In this document: positions 23,144-37,714 of the stretch, one piece after another
Position numbering within the stretch: the stretch's first letter is position 1
Layout of the letters: each line of letters opens with the position of its first letter
NCBI GenBank assembly: GCA_951406725.2
Contig: OX597821.1
Span: 41,106,001-41,170,000, forward strand
DNA from: Octopus vulgaris
Taxonomy: Eukaryota
Direction: 5' to 3'
Length of the DNA stretch: 64,000 nt
Position numbers and translations under genes: made by a program
Notes under the pieces: generated by a model
Told to the model about the DNA's origin: nothing
Databases searched by the model: none
What the model saw: the letters and a program-made list of their open reading frames with translations, nothing else

Positions 23144-23389
23144 GAATCAGTTAGAGAGTAAAATAAGGGGAGTGATGGTGAAAGAGATGATGATACAAGA
23201 CATGCCCTCAAAGGGCATTTTGGGGGTGGGGTGAGAACAGATGAGGTGATACAGAGGTTTGGACCAGGTGAAAAAGCAAGACAGAGGTGAGTGTTGCAAA
23301 TGATGGAGAGAATTATCTGCTGTAGCATTCATTCGACCATTTAGTTTCATAGTTATAAGTACTTAGATAAAACAATATAAAATAGCCAA

Positions 23390-23730
23390 CTATGTATAAT
23401 ACCTTATGTATATAGGTCATTGCCAGGCCTGTTGCTGGGGTATTTGCCCTGAGATAACATCTCTTATAGATGTATAGTGTTAACAATACAATAAATAATA
23501 GGAGACATAAATTTGCCCCACCAGTGGCCAGCAAGAACATCAGATTCACTCCAGCCTTTTTAAACCTATGCATGTGACATTCTTTCTGGCTAATATTGGG
23601 ACAAATTTGCATTTCTCTCCAATATTTCCTGTGCTTTTTAACATAGCAAGTTCATTATTGATGTTATCTCAGGACACACACCACAGTAACTGGCCTGAAA
23701 ACGATGTATATACATTAAGTATAATGCATG
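23390..23730. mobile_element. MITE with ~70 bp imperfect TIRs
   Basis: aggcctgttgctggggtatttgccctgagataacatc vs gatgttatctcaggacacacaccacagtaactggcct; partial copy at 7866-8035. Confidence 0.6.
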
Positions 23731-24389
23731 GATAATGATTTTAGCTTATGAATTATTAGTGATTAAGAAAATTTACTGAATTACTATGTTTCTTAAAGTG
23801 GTTAAGAATATTAAGTTAACACTTAAATCATTATAATTAATACTTCAATCATTAAAAGATGTAAATATATGAAATGAAGGACTTGGTCTAGTCCAGGATC
23901 TTATGGTCCTGGCATTCATTTTATCTCTCATATATAATTAACCACCATTAATTTTCTAGTGTCAAATTAATTAAGTATATCGATAAAAGTTAGCCTCCCG
24001 TCCACTCAGAGCAAATCAATTGTACATATATTAACTAGCAATGCTTGGACCAATTCTATGATTTACAGGAATTGTTTTATTGTTTTTCACTTCTATTTCT
24101 TTTCGATAAATCACTGAGAGATTGGGGGTATTTTGGTTTTGTTTTTGTTTTTAGTTTTCTTCCCCTCCTCTTCCTCCCCCTTCTTCTTCTTTGGTATAAA
24201 GTAGTGCAGCTACTGAAGATGTGTTAAAGAGCAACGACGATCTCATCATATATTGGTGATTGTGATTTATTAAATAGCATTACTGTTAGCTTGGCAAGTG
24301 TGTGTGTGTGTGTGTGCGCACGTGAGTGTGTGCATATACATATGTATATACATCCATATATAAGGATATATATATATGTATATATACAC

Positions 24390-24438
<49 letters not shown>

Positions 24439-25565
24439 TGTATACATATATATATATATGCAAGTGTATATATGTGTATGTGTCCATCCTTCATTCTTAC
24501 AACTGTTCCTCTCCCTCCACATTTTACATTGATCATCCTTCTGAGTTGCCAAATTATATCTCCTTTTCCACCACCAAACATCTCCCACCCTTCCCTTGCA
24601 TTACATCTACCCCCTCACACACACACACACACTTGCAACCTATCCAACCACATATCATCTCTCTCTCTCTCTCTCTTTCTCTCATCTTTTCCCTGTATAC
24701 TGTATCATTATTATTATTCTGCAGTTCTTCACCTCTTTCTTTACTGTCAATCATCTCCTTTTCTTCTCCATCTTCCCCCAATTCATACACAACATTAATC
24801 CCCCCAACCCTTTATCTACCACTTACAACACCCACCTCTCCACCCAACCAACCCAACTGCTACAGTTGTCACCTACTCTTCTCTACCTTCCTCCAACATA
24901 TAATATTCATCATCACTCAACACTTGTCCTTCATTCATTATATATCCACCCTCTCACCCATTGCCAAACCCTATCCCTCACCCTTACTCTTCCCTTAAAC
25001 TCTTGCAGCCTCTTCTGCCTCCATTCACTTCGACCCAGATACCTCATCACCACAATTTCATCTCTCTTTCTCATTTGACCCCAGTTACTCTTACCCTCTC
25101 TTTTCTAATATGTGTAACCACATGGCTGTTCTCTCTTTTCCAACTCACACAGACTGATAGGGATGGTTTGCTGGTTTCTGTGGTGTATATGGTCCATTCC
25201 CACATGGATGGGGCACTGGTCCATTGTAAAGATTTTCCTTTTTGCTGGCTGAGTGGACTGGAGCAACATGAAATGAAAAGAACACAACACCTGGCCCAGT
25301 CCAGGAATTGAAACCACAACCTTACAGTCATGAGTCCAACAACCTAACCACTAAGCCATGTGCCTCTACACCAAAGAAACTGTAGCTCATTTAGATGAGG
25401 TGGGCCTTGGTCTTGTCAGCTCTATGGCAACCACACTAGTGTTGGTGCCATGAAACAAAAAAGGCTCCAAGAATATGCAGAAACCTTGTCAAAGCAGACA
25501 TTGGAGCTTGTTTAATGCATGCCAGGTTGGAAGAAGAGGGCATTATAAGACAATGGGGATGATGG

Positions 25566-25606
<41 letters not shown>

Positions 25607-26184
25607 GTCATGATGATGATGATGGTGGTGATGAGGATGATGATGATGATGATTTGCGTTTGTGTGTGTGTGTGCATAATGTTAGACAAACAGAGACATA
25701 TAAGGGTCTTTTGTGTCATATGAGATGGAAATTTTAAGTCACTATATCATTTATACCATCAACATCGTCGTCGTCATCTTCATCCTCCTCATCATCATCT
25801 TCCTCATCACTTTCATTGTTATCATTGGTAGTATGGAATCACATGACCCCCGCCACCACCACCACCACCTTCGTCACTATCCATATTAATATAACTACTA
25901 ACATTAATTGCTGTTACTGCTATTACTGCTACCATTATCAGCAACACAATTAGCAGTGGGTGCCTTCCCACAATGCAATAATAGCAATTAATTATTTCGT
26001 ACAGCAATATCTATTTGTAAGTGTGAATTCAAATGAAAAGAAGTTTTATATGAGAAAATAAGTATTGAAGAAAAAAACATTAAAAAAAAAAGAGATTCAC
26101 AGATTGTTTAATGTGCTGAATTGTTAAAAAATACCAAAGAATGAAAAATTTGATTCTAGTGTGATAAGAAGCAAGAGGTGTAGA

Positions 26185-26218
26185 ATGAATAATAACAACA
26201 ACAATAACAATAATGATG

Positions 26219-26270
<52 letters not shown>

Positions 26271-26407
26271 TAATAATAATAATAAAAAGAACAACAAGCA
26301 AAATAATAATATTAATAATTATAATAATGACAATGATAATTATCATCATCATCATCATCAACATCATCTTTATTATTATCATTATTATTATTATTATTAG
26401 TATTATT

Positions 26408-26444
<37 letters not shown>

Positions 26445-26502
26445 ACATCATTATTATTATTATTATTATTATCATCGTCATCATCATCATCATCATCATC
26501 AA

Positions 26503-26551
<49 letters not shown>

Positions 26552-26572
26552 ATTAATATTATTATCATCATT
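26185..26572. repeat. (TAA)n/(CAT)n/(TAT)n compound microsatellite that switches strand polarity near 26340
   Basis: Seen directly. Confidence 0.9.
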
Positions 26573-26785
26573 GCTTGAAAGGAGACCTTGAGCAGGTAAA
26601 AAAAGTATGAATTCGCTAGGGATTACAAAATGACTGAAACATGACTGGGGTGTGAAGAAGCAAACATGTTTACAAAAGTGAAGGATGGATTGGATTGAGA
26701 GATGTGATATGATATACAGAAGGATGTATTAAGAATTTTAATCAGGGAGGTGGAGCACTAAGCAGTGATAAGGGAAATTTTAATG

Positions 26786-27491
26786 TTATTATCAGTCCGA
26801 ATGTGCTTGATGTGCATTCGAACTGAGGAACAAACTACGCACAGCTTTTTGTCGTGAAAAATATATCTCGCTTGTTGACAAATGGTGTATATACACCTAG
26901 ATCAGCTCACAACACTATCTACCTAGTACTCCCACTGCCTAGTGATCCCCCTCCATAATTTACTTATGGTGAGCTGCTGTATAGCACTGCCGGTCACCGT
27001 AAGGTCACTGGAAAACTGTAAGAGAGGTAATCTCTTAATTCAGCTCTCAGTGATGCCTGCTTAGTGTCTGTGACCAAAGATATTTCTTTATTGCCCACAA
27101 GGGGCTAAACATAGAGGGGACAAACAAGGACAGAAAAAGGGATAAAGTCGATTACATCTACCCCAGTGAGTAACTGGTACTTAATTTATCGACCTCGAAA
27201 GGATGAAAGGCAAAGTCGACCTCGGCGGAATTTGAACTCACAACGTAGCGGCAGACGAAATACGGCTACGCATTTCGTCTGGCATGCTAAAGCTTCTTCC
27301 AGCCCGCTGTCTTGACCAAAGAGAAGATAATTACTCTGAATCTCACAGTCTTGGTAGGTGGTGCTATGAGCTGATCTAGATATATACACATCATTTGTCA
27401 ACAAGTGAGATATATTCTCCATGACAAAACGCAGTGAGTAGCTTGTTCCCCAGTTCAAATGCACACCAAGCATATTTGGGCTGACAATAAC
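26786..27491. mobile_element. MITE with ~145 bp TIRs carrying a nested family B SINE (27083-27310, -)
   Basis: 26786-26930 is a diverged reverse complement of ~27348-27491. Confidence 0.75.
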
Positions 27492-27826
27492 ATTGCAATA
27501 AGAATTTTAAATATATACACACATGCCCACACTCACATGTATATATCATCATCATCATCATCATCTTCATCATTATATTCATCATCATTTAACTCCGTTG
27601 TCCCTACTGGCATGCGTTACACAGTTTGACCAGAGCTGGAAAGCTGGAAGGCTGCACCAAACTCCAGTCTGATTTGGCATGGTTTCTAACGCTGGATGCC
27701 CTTCCTAATGCCAACCACTCCAAGAGTGTAATGGGTGCTTTTACATGCTACTGGCATGGGTACCGTTTGCATGACACCAGTATGTATATCAGTAAATTGA
27801 TGATGATGACGATGATGATGATGATG

Positions 27827-27860
<34 letters not shown>

Positions 27861-29809
27861 TAATAATAATAATAAAGATGATGGTGATGATGATAATTAT
27901 CATTGTCAATCGGTTCCTTACAAACTTTTCAAGTTTAATCTTGTGCAAAGTGTGAATGTGTTCTCTTCTTTGCTGCCACATATCACAAATAAACCTTTTT
28001 TGGGCCGAATGGTAACTGCTGGAAGTATGAGGACAATTCTGTAGTACTTAAACATGCTCTAGATCTTTTGATATTTTGGCACAGGCATGATACTAATTGG
28101 GATTTGTTTTGCTTTATGAATGAATTAGTCCATTCAGCTGAAGGGAAATTGTTCTTAAATTGCGTTACTGTGCAACCTTAAGCTGTGATATAAAGAGGAA
28201 ACCCTATTTCACAGAATATATGAGAAGTGGCTCAATATGAGGCTGATCAATCTCAGAAAAAAAAAAAACTTCACATAAAGCCTATCCCTAATGGACCCAA
28301 ACAACAGTGAAAGCTTTGGGAAAAGATGGCTCTAGACAAATTCCAAAAGGAATTTGGAACTATTGCAATTAAGAGCAAATTCCAATGAAGAAAAATTCAA
28401 AACAATTCATGCATAAAGGCAAATAGAAATTTCAAAAATACCTGAAAGCCTACTTATGGTGAAAATGCATAAAATAGGGAATTTATCTCTTCAACGATGT
28501 AAGAAAAGTGTTTTGTGCAAGGTACACTTGCACAAGGTACCACTTGCACAAAATACCACATAGTAGAATCAAACAAGAAAGCATTTGTTACCAGCTACTT
28601 CTGTTAAACATCTTTTACGCTATACATGGTATAAATGATATTTTTCTTATCATAAGATTATTTCAGGTTCACATTATATAATAATATTTATCATCCTCTG
28701 TTTTTAATGTTAATGAATTGAAGTTTTATTTTTGATGTTAATGAATTGATGTTTTATTTTTGATTTTCTAAGAAAATGAAAATAATAATTCCTATTATTT
28801 GGTTTGAAATTTTGGCACAGGGCTAACAATTTTGGGGAAGGATTAAGTTGATTAGATTGATCCCAGTCTTCAACTGGTTCTAATTTAATCGACCCTGCAA
28901 GGGTGAAAGGCAAAATTGACCCTGGCAGAATTTGAACTCAGAATGTAGAGATGGCAAAATACCACTTTGTCAAGCATGCTGACAATACTGTCAGCCCACC
29001 ACCATAGAAATGCCCATTATTAAGTCAGGTTATAGGGCAGTAAGCTAGCAAAACCAATAAAGCACTAGGAAAAAATATACCTTGTGATATTTTCCCTGAT
29101 TTTACAATCTAAGTTCCACTCCAACCATAGTTAGTCTTTTTCTTTCATCCTTTCAAGCTCAATAAGACAAAATACCAGTCATGTACTGGAGTCAGTGCTG
29201 TTGTAATATTTGGCGAACACCTTCTCTTCAAAATTGCTGGCCTTGTGCTGAAATTGGAAGTCATCATCATGTAAGAATGTGACAAATTTACGAGGAATTT
29301 TGAAGAGACTCTTTTCTTGAATAAGATACCTTGACGCGGGAACGAATAAATGACATTGATAATACGAGTGACAGAAGATTCCTTCGATGTTATAAAAAAT
29401 AATTAAGGCAGATGAAGGAAATTTTGGATGAGTTTGATAAACTAGAGCTTAGAATGTTACGCCTCTCAGCTGAAATGATGCAGTAATGATAAATGGGTAG
29501 TTGCCGTGCTGTAGTCCTGTCCAATACCTGCCAGTTAGATAAAATGGAATGTTAAATCGATGACAGGCTTGAGAACGAAAGAAAGTTTATTGAATGGGAA
29601 CCATAACAAGTGACCCTCTTCCACAGAAATGTGACTATATTTTATTATTTACTATTTTGAGAATAAGTTGCCATAGGAATATCGAAACCTATTATATCTA
29701 TATTCCTGTAATTATGGTTTCTTAATCTTCAGTAAAAGATCATATGCTTTATGAGAGAAGGGAACAGATGTTGTGATGTTCATGCTTTTTCTGAACTGTA
29801 ATGTTATAT

Positions 29810-30167
29810 GTTTCTTTATACCCCCACAAGGGGCTAAACATAGAGGGGACAAACAAGGACAGACAAACAAATTAAGTCGATTACATCGACCCCAGTGCAT
29901 AACTGGTACTTAATTTATCGATCCCGAGGCGTACCAGTTATGCACTGGGGTCGATGTAATCGACTTAATCCGTGTGTCTGTCCTTGTTTGTCCCCTCTGT
30001 GATTAGCCCCTTGTGGGCAGTAAAGAAATAGGTACTTAATTTATCGACCCCGAAAGGATGAAAGGCAAAGTCAACCTCGGTGGAACTTGAACTCAGAACG
30101 TAATGACAGACAAAATATGGCTACTCATTTCGCCCAGCGTGCTAACGGTTCTGCCAGCTCGCTGCCC
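29810..30167. mobile_element. Rearranged family B SINE cluster (-, +, - segments)
   Basis: Three abutting segments; 29810-29910 and 29932-30031 form an inverted pair. Confidence 0.8.
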
Positions 30168-30559
30168 TACAATGTAATGAACTGTAGAGTTATAGTGAAA
30201 TGGTCTCAATGATAGTTTGCTGCAGCACTTTAAACTCAGTTCTCAGCATTCTCAACACTTATTCAATGTTGCTTTCTATCTTTGTTTTGCAAATGATTTG
30301 TATGTCTTTCTGGAGAATGAGCAAAGCAGATGAAGAAAGAAGCGAAGAAGGGCTCATCTGTTGTATATTGATGTTAGAATACCAAGTGTGACATGAAGAA
30401 GGAGAACTTAACTATTAGTCTGATAGACCACAAGATAGTGTGTGATAATGTCCCACTGTGTTGGCTCTTGGAGTTCCAGAAGACTTCAGAGGCAATGAGA
30501 ATATTAATCGATTTTTTTTAGAAAAAGCGTGAAAATTGGAAGTAAAACTAACTCTAACT

Positions 30560-30958
30560 TTTACTCTCTATTACTTGTTCAGTCATTTGACTGTGGCCAT
30601 GCTGGAGCACCGCCTTTAGTCGAGCAAATCGACCCCAGGACTTATTCTTTGTAAGCCTAGTACTTATTCTATCAGTCTCTTTTGCAGAACTGCTAAGTTA
30701 TGGGGATTAGACACCAGCATCGGTTGTCAAGCAATGTTGGGGGGACAAACACAGACACACAAACATATACACACACACATACATATATATACATATATAC
30801 GACGGGCTTCTTTCAGTTTCCGTCTACCAAATCCACTCACAAGGTTTTGGTCAGCCCGAGGCTATAGTAAAAGAAACTTGCCCAAGGTGCCACGCAGTGG
30901 GACTGAACCTGGAACCATCTGGTTGGTAAGCAAGCTACTTACCACACAGCCACTCCTA
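30560..30958 (-). mobile_element. SINE family A, full length
   Basis: Reverse complement match to 5408-5822. Confidence 0.9.
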
Positions 30959-32076
30959 TACCTACACCTAACATGTGGAAATAAATCAAAAGGAAGTGGA
31001 AAAATCTGCAGGGATATGTTTCATGGAGACTTGCATTCTCCATTCACTGTATTAATCCCTTTGACAAGGATGCTGAGTAAATGCAGGCCTGACTATGAGA
31101 TTGCTAAAATTAGGATGATCAATGACCTCAAACTGCACATGCAAAATGAAAAAGTTATGCGTGCATCTAAAAGAGTAACCATCACTCAAATTTCTTTAAT
31201 TAAAATCATCTTGTTTCATCTTTAAAACCTTGTGGGTGCACATTTTTTCTCTTCCTAATTGTAAGAGGTGTATATGCATGCACATGCACACAGCTTAGGC
31301 GGGAAAATGGTGCAGTGTTTCAGCTAAGTGCTTTGTATTATATCGACGACAGTTCTCTATGCATTATGCCAATATCTGTGTTCAACATTTAACAGTAAAT
31401 TTTCTGCATTGCACATATTTGTTAGTCTTGAGGCTAGAGCTGGGCAACAGATCTCTCTCCAGAATATATATAAGGCTAGTATCATAGTTTTCCCTTTTGT
31501 TTTCGTTTTTGTGTAACAACATAAGGCTGTAAAATATGCATGTTGCGTCAAAATGTATTCCACTTGAGTTCCTTTATGCCTTCTCCGTTTTATTTGCAAT
31601 GCTACAGACGTATAGCCTACTCCTTTATATAAGTTCCCATGATTTCCATACTGTACCTGGTCATTATTTCTTGTGTTGTTCAGTTTTGCTCTTTTCATAT
31701 TCGTTCTTTGAAGCATCAGATTCAAAGGACGTAATTTTGATTCACTTTGGACTGAATAAAACGGTTTCTTTATTTGTATTGTTTCTCATATTTTTATTCA
31801 GCAGAAGGAATTGAATCAATTCGGTATTCGTAAGAACAGTTCTCCAATACTTAATTTACCCATGATACCAGACTGCCAACCGTTATCAACATTTGGAATA
31901 AGTTAATTACAGAAGGTAAAATTAATTGATTTAACAAAGATTATTTTGTTATCCTTCAACATTTTGATCTTTTAATTTATTTAATCCGTGTTTTTAATTG
32001 TCATTACTGGAAAGTTTTCATTGTCTATTAATGCTGAAACTTCCCAGGGTTCTCTTTTGTGTTTCTTCTTCTTCTT

Positions 32077-32150
<74 letters not shown>

Positions 32151-32167
32151 CATCATCATCATCATCA

Positions 32168-32207
<40 letters not shown>

Positions 32208-32220
32208 TTTTTTTTTTTTT

Positions 32221-32755
32221 CTTCTTTCAAATTTTCTTCCATTTCTTGCCGAGTGTCTTCCCGACTCCTAGGGCAAAGAAACTCATAGTGTATATTGGTA
32301 GGCCATTAAACCAAACTCAGTAGTTCGTTCATTTTTTTTTTTTTTTTTTTTTAAAGTTAAATTAAAATTAAAATACATGAGCAGCAACAGTTCTCACATC
32401 GACAATGCTCTTCTCAATACATGTGATGTACCAGTTAAGACAATCTTTTGCACTTCTTGCAAGGATGGTAAGCCAGGGATCATTCTCATATAATTTTCGG
32501 TTCCCTTCTTGATCATTCCTAGTGCTCCTACGATCACTGGTATTGTAACCGCCTTGAGATGCCACATTTTCTCAATTTCAATGAGTAGGTCTTTATATTT
32601 TCTCAGCTTGTCAAACTCTTTCGCTGAGATATTATGATCACAGGGGATGCTCATGTCGATCAATAAGCAAACTTTATTGTTTTGGTCTTTCACAACAATA
32701 TCTGGTTTATTGGCCTTGATGGTTCGGTCTGTATGTACTGGAAAGTCCCACAGAA
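32221..32755 (-). mobile_element. 5'-truncated R4/Dong-like non-LTR retrotransposon (restriction-like endonuclease C-terminus plus 3' UTR) in (TAA)n
   Basis: ILWDFPVHTDRTIKANKPDIVVKD...LIDMSIP...KLRKYKDLLIEIEKMW...IPVIVGALG; PD-(D/E)xK-type RLE; frame open to the stop at 32394. Confidence 0.85.
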
Positions 32756-32789
32756 TTATTATTATTATTATTATTATCATTACTATTAT

Positions 32790-33335
32790 TATATGTTTGA
32801 CTTTTGCTTTGATTTAGCACAAGTTGACTCCAAATCTCACCCAGAGACCTCAAGAGACAACAAGTTAGAAGTTTGTGTTAGTGTTATACATTGGGTGTCA
32901 TATATTTGGTTTTGCCCATATTATTGTTCCAGAGAATGTTTAAGAAAACATAAGAAAATCAAAGTTTACACTACTGAAGTTTGTTTTAAAATTTGAGATT
33001 ACATATACAGTATTATTATTATTATTCAATAGTCTTATTTTTATAACATGTTTTCACTTCACTATTGAGCACAGCCCTGTGCTTTGTTGTGATGTTCTTA
33101 TAGTTACTGTATTGAAAGTGTTTTATAAAGGATGTGTGCAGTGCCCAGTAGTGCAATTTTCTCTATGTTATATATATTTGTAAGTCCTGGTGTTTTTGTT
33201 ACGCATTTATCTGAATATTTTTTTTATCATACCTAATGCACCTACTATGATAGGAATTGTTTCTGTTTCTAGATTCCACATTCGAGTTACCTCTATTTCC
33301 AGGTCTTTGTATTTTAATAGTTTCTCCATTTCTTT
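32790..33335 (-). mobile_element. Second, divergent R4/Dong-like 3' fragment
   Basis: Minus strand reads KEMEKLLKYKDLEIEVTRMWNLETETIPIIVGALGMIKK...TPGLTNIYNIEKIALLGTAHIL; flanked by trinucleotide repeats. Confidence 0.75.
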
Positions 33336-33459
33336 TATTATTATTGTTGTTGTTGTTGTTGTTGTTCTTCTTCTTCTTCTTCTTCTTCTTCTTCTTCTTC
33401 TTCTTCTTCTTCTTCTTCTTCTTCTTCTTCTTCTTCTTCTTCTTCTTCTTCTTCTTCTT

Positions 33460-33490
<31 letters not shown>

Positions 33491-33808
33491 AGGTGATGAA
33501 CTGGCAGAATTGTTACCATGTCAGGTGAAATACTTGGTGCCATTTAGTCTGTCCTTACATTCTGAGTTCAAATTACACCTGGATTGTCTTTGCTTTCATT
33601 CTTTTGGGGTCAATGAAATAAGTACCAGCTGAGATCGATATAATCAACTAACCCCACCTCCAAATTTCAAGCCTTGTTCCTATGTTAGAAAGGATTACTC
33701 TTTTTATTATTAGTTGTTGTTGTTGTTGTTGTTGTTGCTGCTGTTGTTTTTATAAATATTATAACTCTCATCATCTTCATCATCATCATCATCATCATCA
33801 TCAACATC

Positions 33809-33842
<34 letters not shown>

Positions 33843-33870
33843 TCATCATCACCACCACCATCATCATCAC

Positions 33871-33905
<35 letters not shown>

Positions 33906-34058
33906 CCATCATCACCAACATCATCATCATTATTATTCTTGTCATTGCTTTTGTTGTTGTGATTGTTGTTGCTGCTACAGTTGCTGCTTGTTGTCATTGC
34001 TGTTGATGTGGCTATAAATATTATAATCCTCATCATCATCATCATCATCATCACCACT

Positions 34059-34091
<33 letters not shown>

Positions 34092-34111
34092 GTTATTGTT
34101 ATTATTATTAT

Positions 34112-34161
<50 letters not shown>

Positions 34162-34162
34162 T
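33335..34162. repeat. Cluster of trinucleotide microsatellites: (TTC)n ~33364-33489, (CAT)n/(CAC)n, (CTA)n
   Basis: Seen directly; a family B-like SINE lies at ~33490-33695. Confidence 0.9.
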
Positions 34163-34825
34163 TTCTGTCATTCCTGAGTTTGCCTTTGGCAACCATCAAT
34201 CAAAAACTATGAGATGTCAAATTCATTATCAAGTACAAATTCAATCAACTCGAGACCTTCAAACACATCTATTTGCCCCGTGAGGGTTGGTTTTTTCCGG
34301 AGGTGGGAAGACTGTACTTAAAAGGTGAGATATTAATGTCTAGGAACAAATAAACAGACTTTAATTTAGATATATTACAACATTTTATGACAAAAAGGTC
34401 AACAGGATAGGCCAATATTCAATTGTTATTGCCAAATAAAAATGATGCAGAGTTAGTTATTTCTTTGCAACAGAGAGTCAACCTGAAATTAGAATGGCCA
34501 AGCAGATAATATGACTAATTTTTGGTTATTGTTTTATGTTTTTGTATAAAACCTCTGCTTTTGTGCTTTATTTTTATGTCTTTGAGCAGTCTTTGAGCAG
34601 TAGCTTAGATCTGTTTTGGTTCCTTTGTCAGTTGTGCATCATTTTGAAATTTATCAGAGCATGGTGTCTTCTTGACTTATGGTTTACCGGGTTATGTTTT
34701 TGTTTCATTAATTAAAAAACAAAAAATGAAAAAGGTTGAGTTAAGAGGTTCTGAACAACCAGCTAATATAATGTTGCATGTTGTCCATGACCAAAACATC
34801 AGAAGTAGCAGCAGCAGCAGCAGCA

Positions 34826-35210
34826 GGAGGCGCTTGACCCAGTGGTTAGGGCAGCAGACTCACGGTCAGAGGATCACGGTTTCGATTCCCAGACCGGGTG
34901 TTGTGTGTGTTTATTGAGCGAAAACACCTAAAACTCCACGAGGCTCCAGCAGGGAGTATTGGCGACCCCTGTTGTGCTCTTTCACTCCAACTTTCTCTCA
35001 CTCTTTCTTCCTGTTTCTTGTCCCTGTCTTCCTACGCAACTGCTGAGCCTGGATGTGCATTCATCCATCCATCGATGCTCTCGGTGTCGGGGGTTGACCT
35101 GCTTTCTCTTCTGCGGGTCTTACGAATAGCAAAGGACCACGTTTCAGACTTCTCCCAGAACAGGACGAAGACCACTTCACTCAACAAACAAACAAACAAA
35201 CAAACAAACA
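34826..35210 (+). mobile_element. tRNA-derived SINE with family D head, a different 3' body and an (AAAC)n tail
   Basis: Box B ggtttcgattccc; first ~185 bp homologous to 9150-9338 (-). Confidence 0.8.
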
Positions 35211-35716
35211 AGCAGCAGCAGCACTGCCACCACCACCATCATCATCATTATAATTATCATCATCATTGTCGTCATCACCATTTAATATTTCGCTTCCCAC
35301 ATTTGCATGGGTTTGACAGAGTTTATTGAGGTAGATTTTTTTCTACAGCTGGATGCCCTTCCTGTCACTAACCCTCACTTGTTTCTGAACAAGGTAATAT
35401 TTCCCCAGAGTGTTGGTCATGTTTCTGCAGAACGTTGGAAATGAATGACTCTGCTCGTATGACAGTGACTGACAATTGTTTGCGATTATCACACGATATC
35501 GAGACAAAGAGGATATGTCTGGCCACTGGAAATACAACCTTACCAAGAAACAGGCGAATGTTTACCTCAAATAAACTCTGTCTAACTCAGGCAAGTATGA
35601 AAAAGTGGTTGTTAAATGATGATGATGATGTATACAAAAAGCTTCACTCAGTTTCTGTCTTTCAAATCTACTCATAAGGTTTTGATTAAAGATATTTTCA
35701 CTTACTATTATTATTA

Positions 35717-35760
<44 letters not shown>

Positions 35761-35761
<1 letters not shown>

Positions 35762-36290
35762 TTCAAATTTTCTTCCGTTTTTTTCGCCGAGTGTTTTCCG
35801 TACACCTAGGGCAGAGAAGCTCATTATATGCGTTCCCAGATTACACATGCAAATTCACAGGTAAAATATGTATTTAAAAAAATTAATAAAGAAATAAATT
35901 CATGAATGGATGTTGTTCTCACAGTGATAATGCTCTTCTCAGTACATGAGTCGTTCCAGTTAACAAGATTTATTTTTTGCACTTCCTGTAGGGATGGTAA
36001 GCCTGGTATCATTTTCAAATAGGTTTCAGTACCTTTTTTTATTATTCCTAGAGATCCTACAATCACTGGTACTGTAGTTGCCTTGACATGCCACATATTT
36101 TCAATTTCTATTAGCAAGTCTTTATATTTACTGATCTTGTCAAATTCTTTCGCCGCTATATTATGATCGCAAGGAATACTCATGTCAATTAACAAACACA
36201 TCCTTTTTGTCTGATCTTTTATGATAATATCCGGTTTATTAGCTTTTATAGTTTTGCCAGTATGTACAGGGAAGTCCCATAGAATCAATA
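35761..36290 (-). mobile_element. Third R4/Dong-like 3' fragment in (TAA)n
   Basis: ILWDFPVHTGKTIKANKPDIIIKD...LIDMSIPCDHNIAAKEFDKISKYKDLL; frameshift near the end; 3' UTR shared with 6786-6940. Confidence 0.85.
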
Positions 36291-37241
36291 CATTTTATTA
36301 TTATTATTTTTTTTATTGTTGTTGTTGTTGTTGTTGTTGTAGTTGAGGTGACAAACTGGCAGAATTGTTACCATGTCAGGTGAAATGCTTATCCCCATTT
36401 GGTCTGTCCTAACATGCTGAGTTCAAATTACTCTCTGAATTCGAAACCTTGTGGTTAGGGAGTTAACTCCTTAACCACAGAAGCACTCTATATCCTCACT
36501 TTAATAACTGGCTTCAAATTTTGGAATGAGGTCAAGAGTTTCAGGGGATGGTGCAAGTCGATGATGTTGACCCCAATATTCAACAGGTACTTTTTTATCG
36601 GCCCTGAAACCATGAAAGGCAAAGTCAAATCTGGTGGAATTTGAACTCAGAACACAAAGACAGATGAAATTAACTTAATTATTAACAGCTGACCCTTACA
36701 TAGTACTAAGTGAGGAATGATTTCTTGAAGCAAGGAGTGGTAGAATTGTGGAAGTGACAAGTTATTTTGTAAGCTACCAGTGATGGGTGTGAATCCCTTT
36801 CATTCTGGAAGAGATTTATTAGGGATCCACATAATGCTACATAAGGAATTGCAACATTAGAATTATCAGCCAATTCTTTCCTGAAGCATAAAAAGGAAGC
36901 CCACATGGTATATGCCATTCTATATACATTAGGCCAGGAAAATGATGTGGTATCTTCATGGTTAAGACACTTGTTGAACAATGGAGAGTCAATATAGGAG
37001 AGCAAAGGGATCATCATACACAACAACATAGAGCTTCAGGTGATAGCATTGCATAAAACTAAAAATATAGAAAAAGTACAAATATCTCAACACACATAGA
37101 AATAGGAAAACGCAGCACTCGAAAACCTCCCTGAAAAATACAACAAAAGCTACACAGGAAACCTGAAATAACTGACATTATCTCCTGATGAAAGCCCTAA
37201 AAGCTACAATGATCTTGGCTTTCAACTCACAAACACACACA

Positions 37242-37281
<40 letters not shown>

Positions 37282-37714
37282 CACATGCACATGCACATGC
37301 AAGAGTAACAAAAATAAATATGATAAAAGTATGAAACCCTTACATTGTCTTTTGATCTGCTAAAAATAACCATTTCTTCCTTAAATCCCATCCTGCTGTA
37401 TCAAAAATACAAATGAGAATCCCATTCACGATAGGAAGGCCTATGGAATACTCAGCCATTTTGACCATTATTCTATGAATAGTTGGTTTCATCACTCGCA
37501 CAGCTAGAATGCCCAACATTGAAACCATTGCAGAGGTGTAGGGTGGGATGTGCTAGATGTTCTGTTTGTGTGGGTTGGCCACTTTATATTCAGGTATTTA
37601 CTGTAATCAAAGGTATTGTCACATTAGTGATTGGGTTGATGCATTGTGGATATATTTCGTCAGGTGCATGTATAATAACAGAAGCAAAACTTGCAACCAT
37701 TTAAAATATTTAAT

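Noticed and set aside
36706-37528. Minus-strand ORFs as host exons (likewise 911-986, 27922-28038, 41400-41550, 50829-51039, 61809-62165)
   Set aside because: Individual splice-like signals exist, but they do not chain into a consistent frame or a recognisable protein
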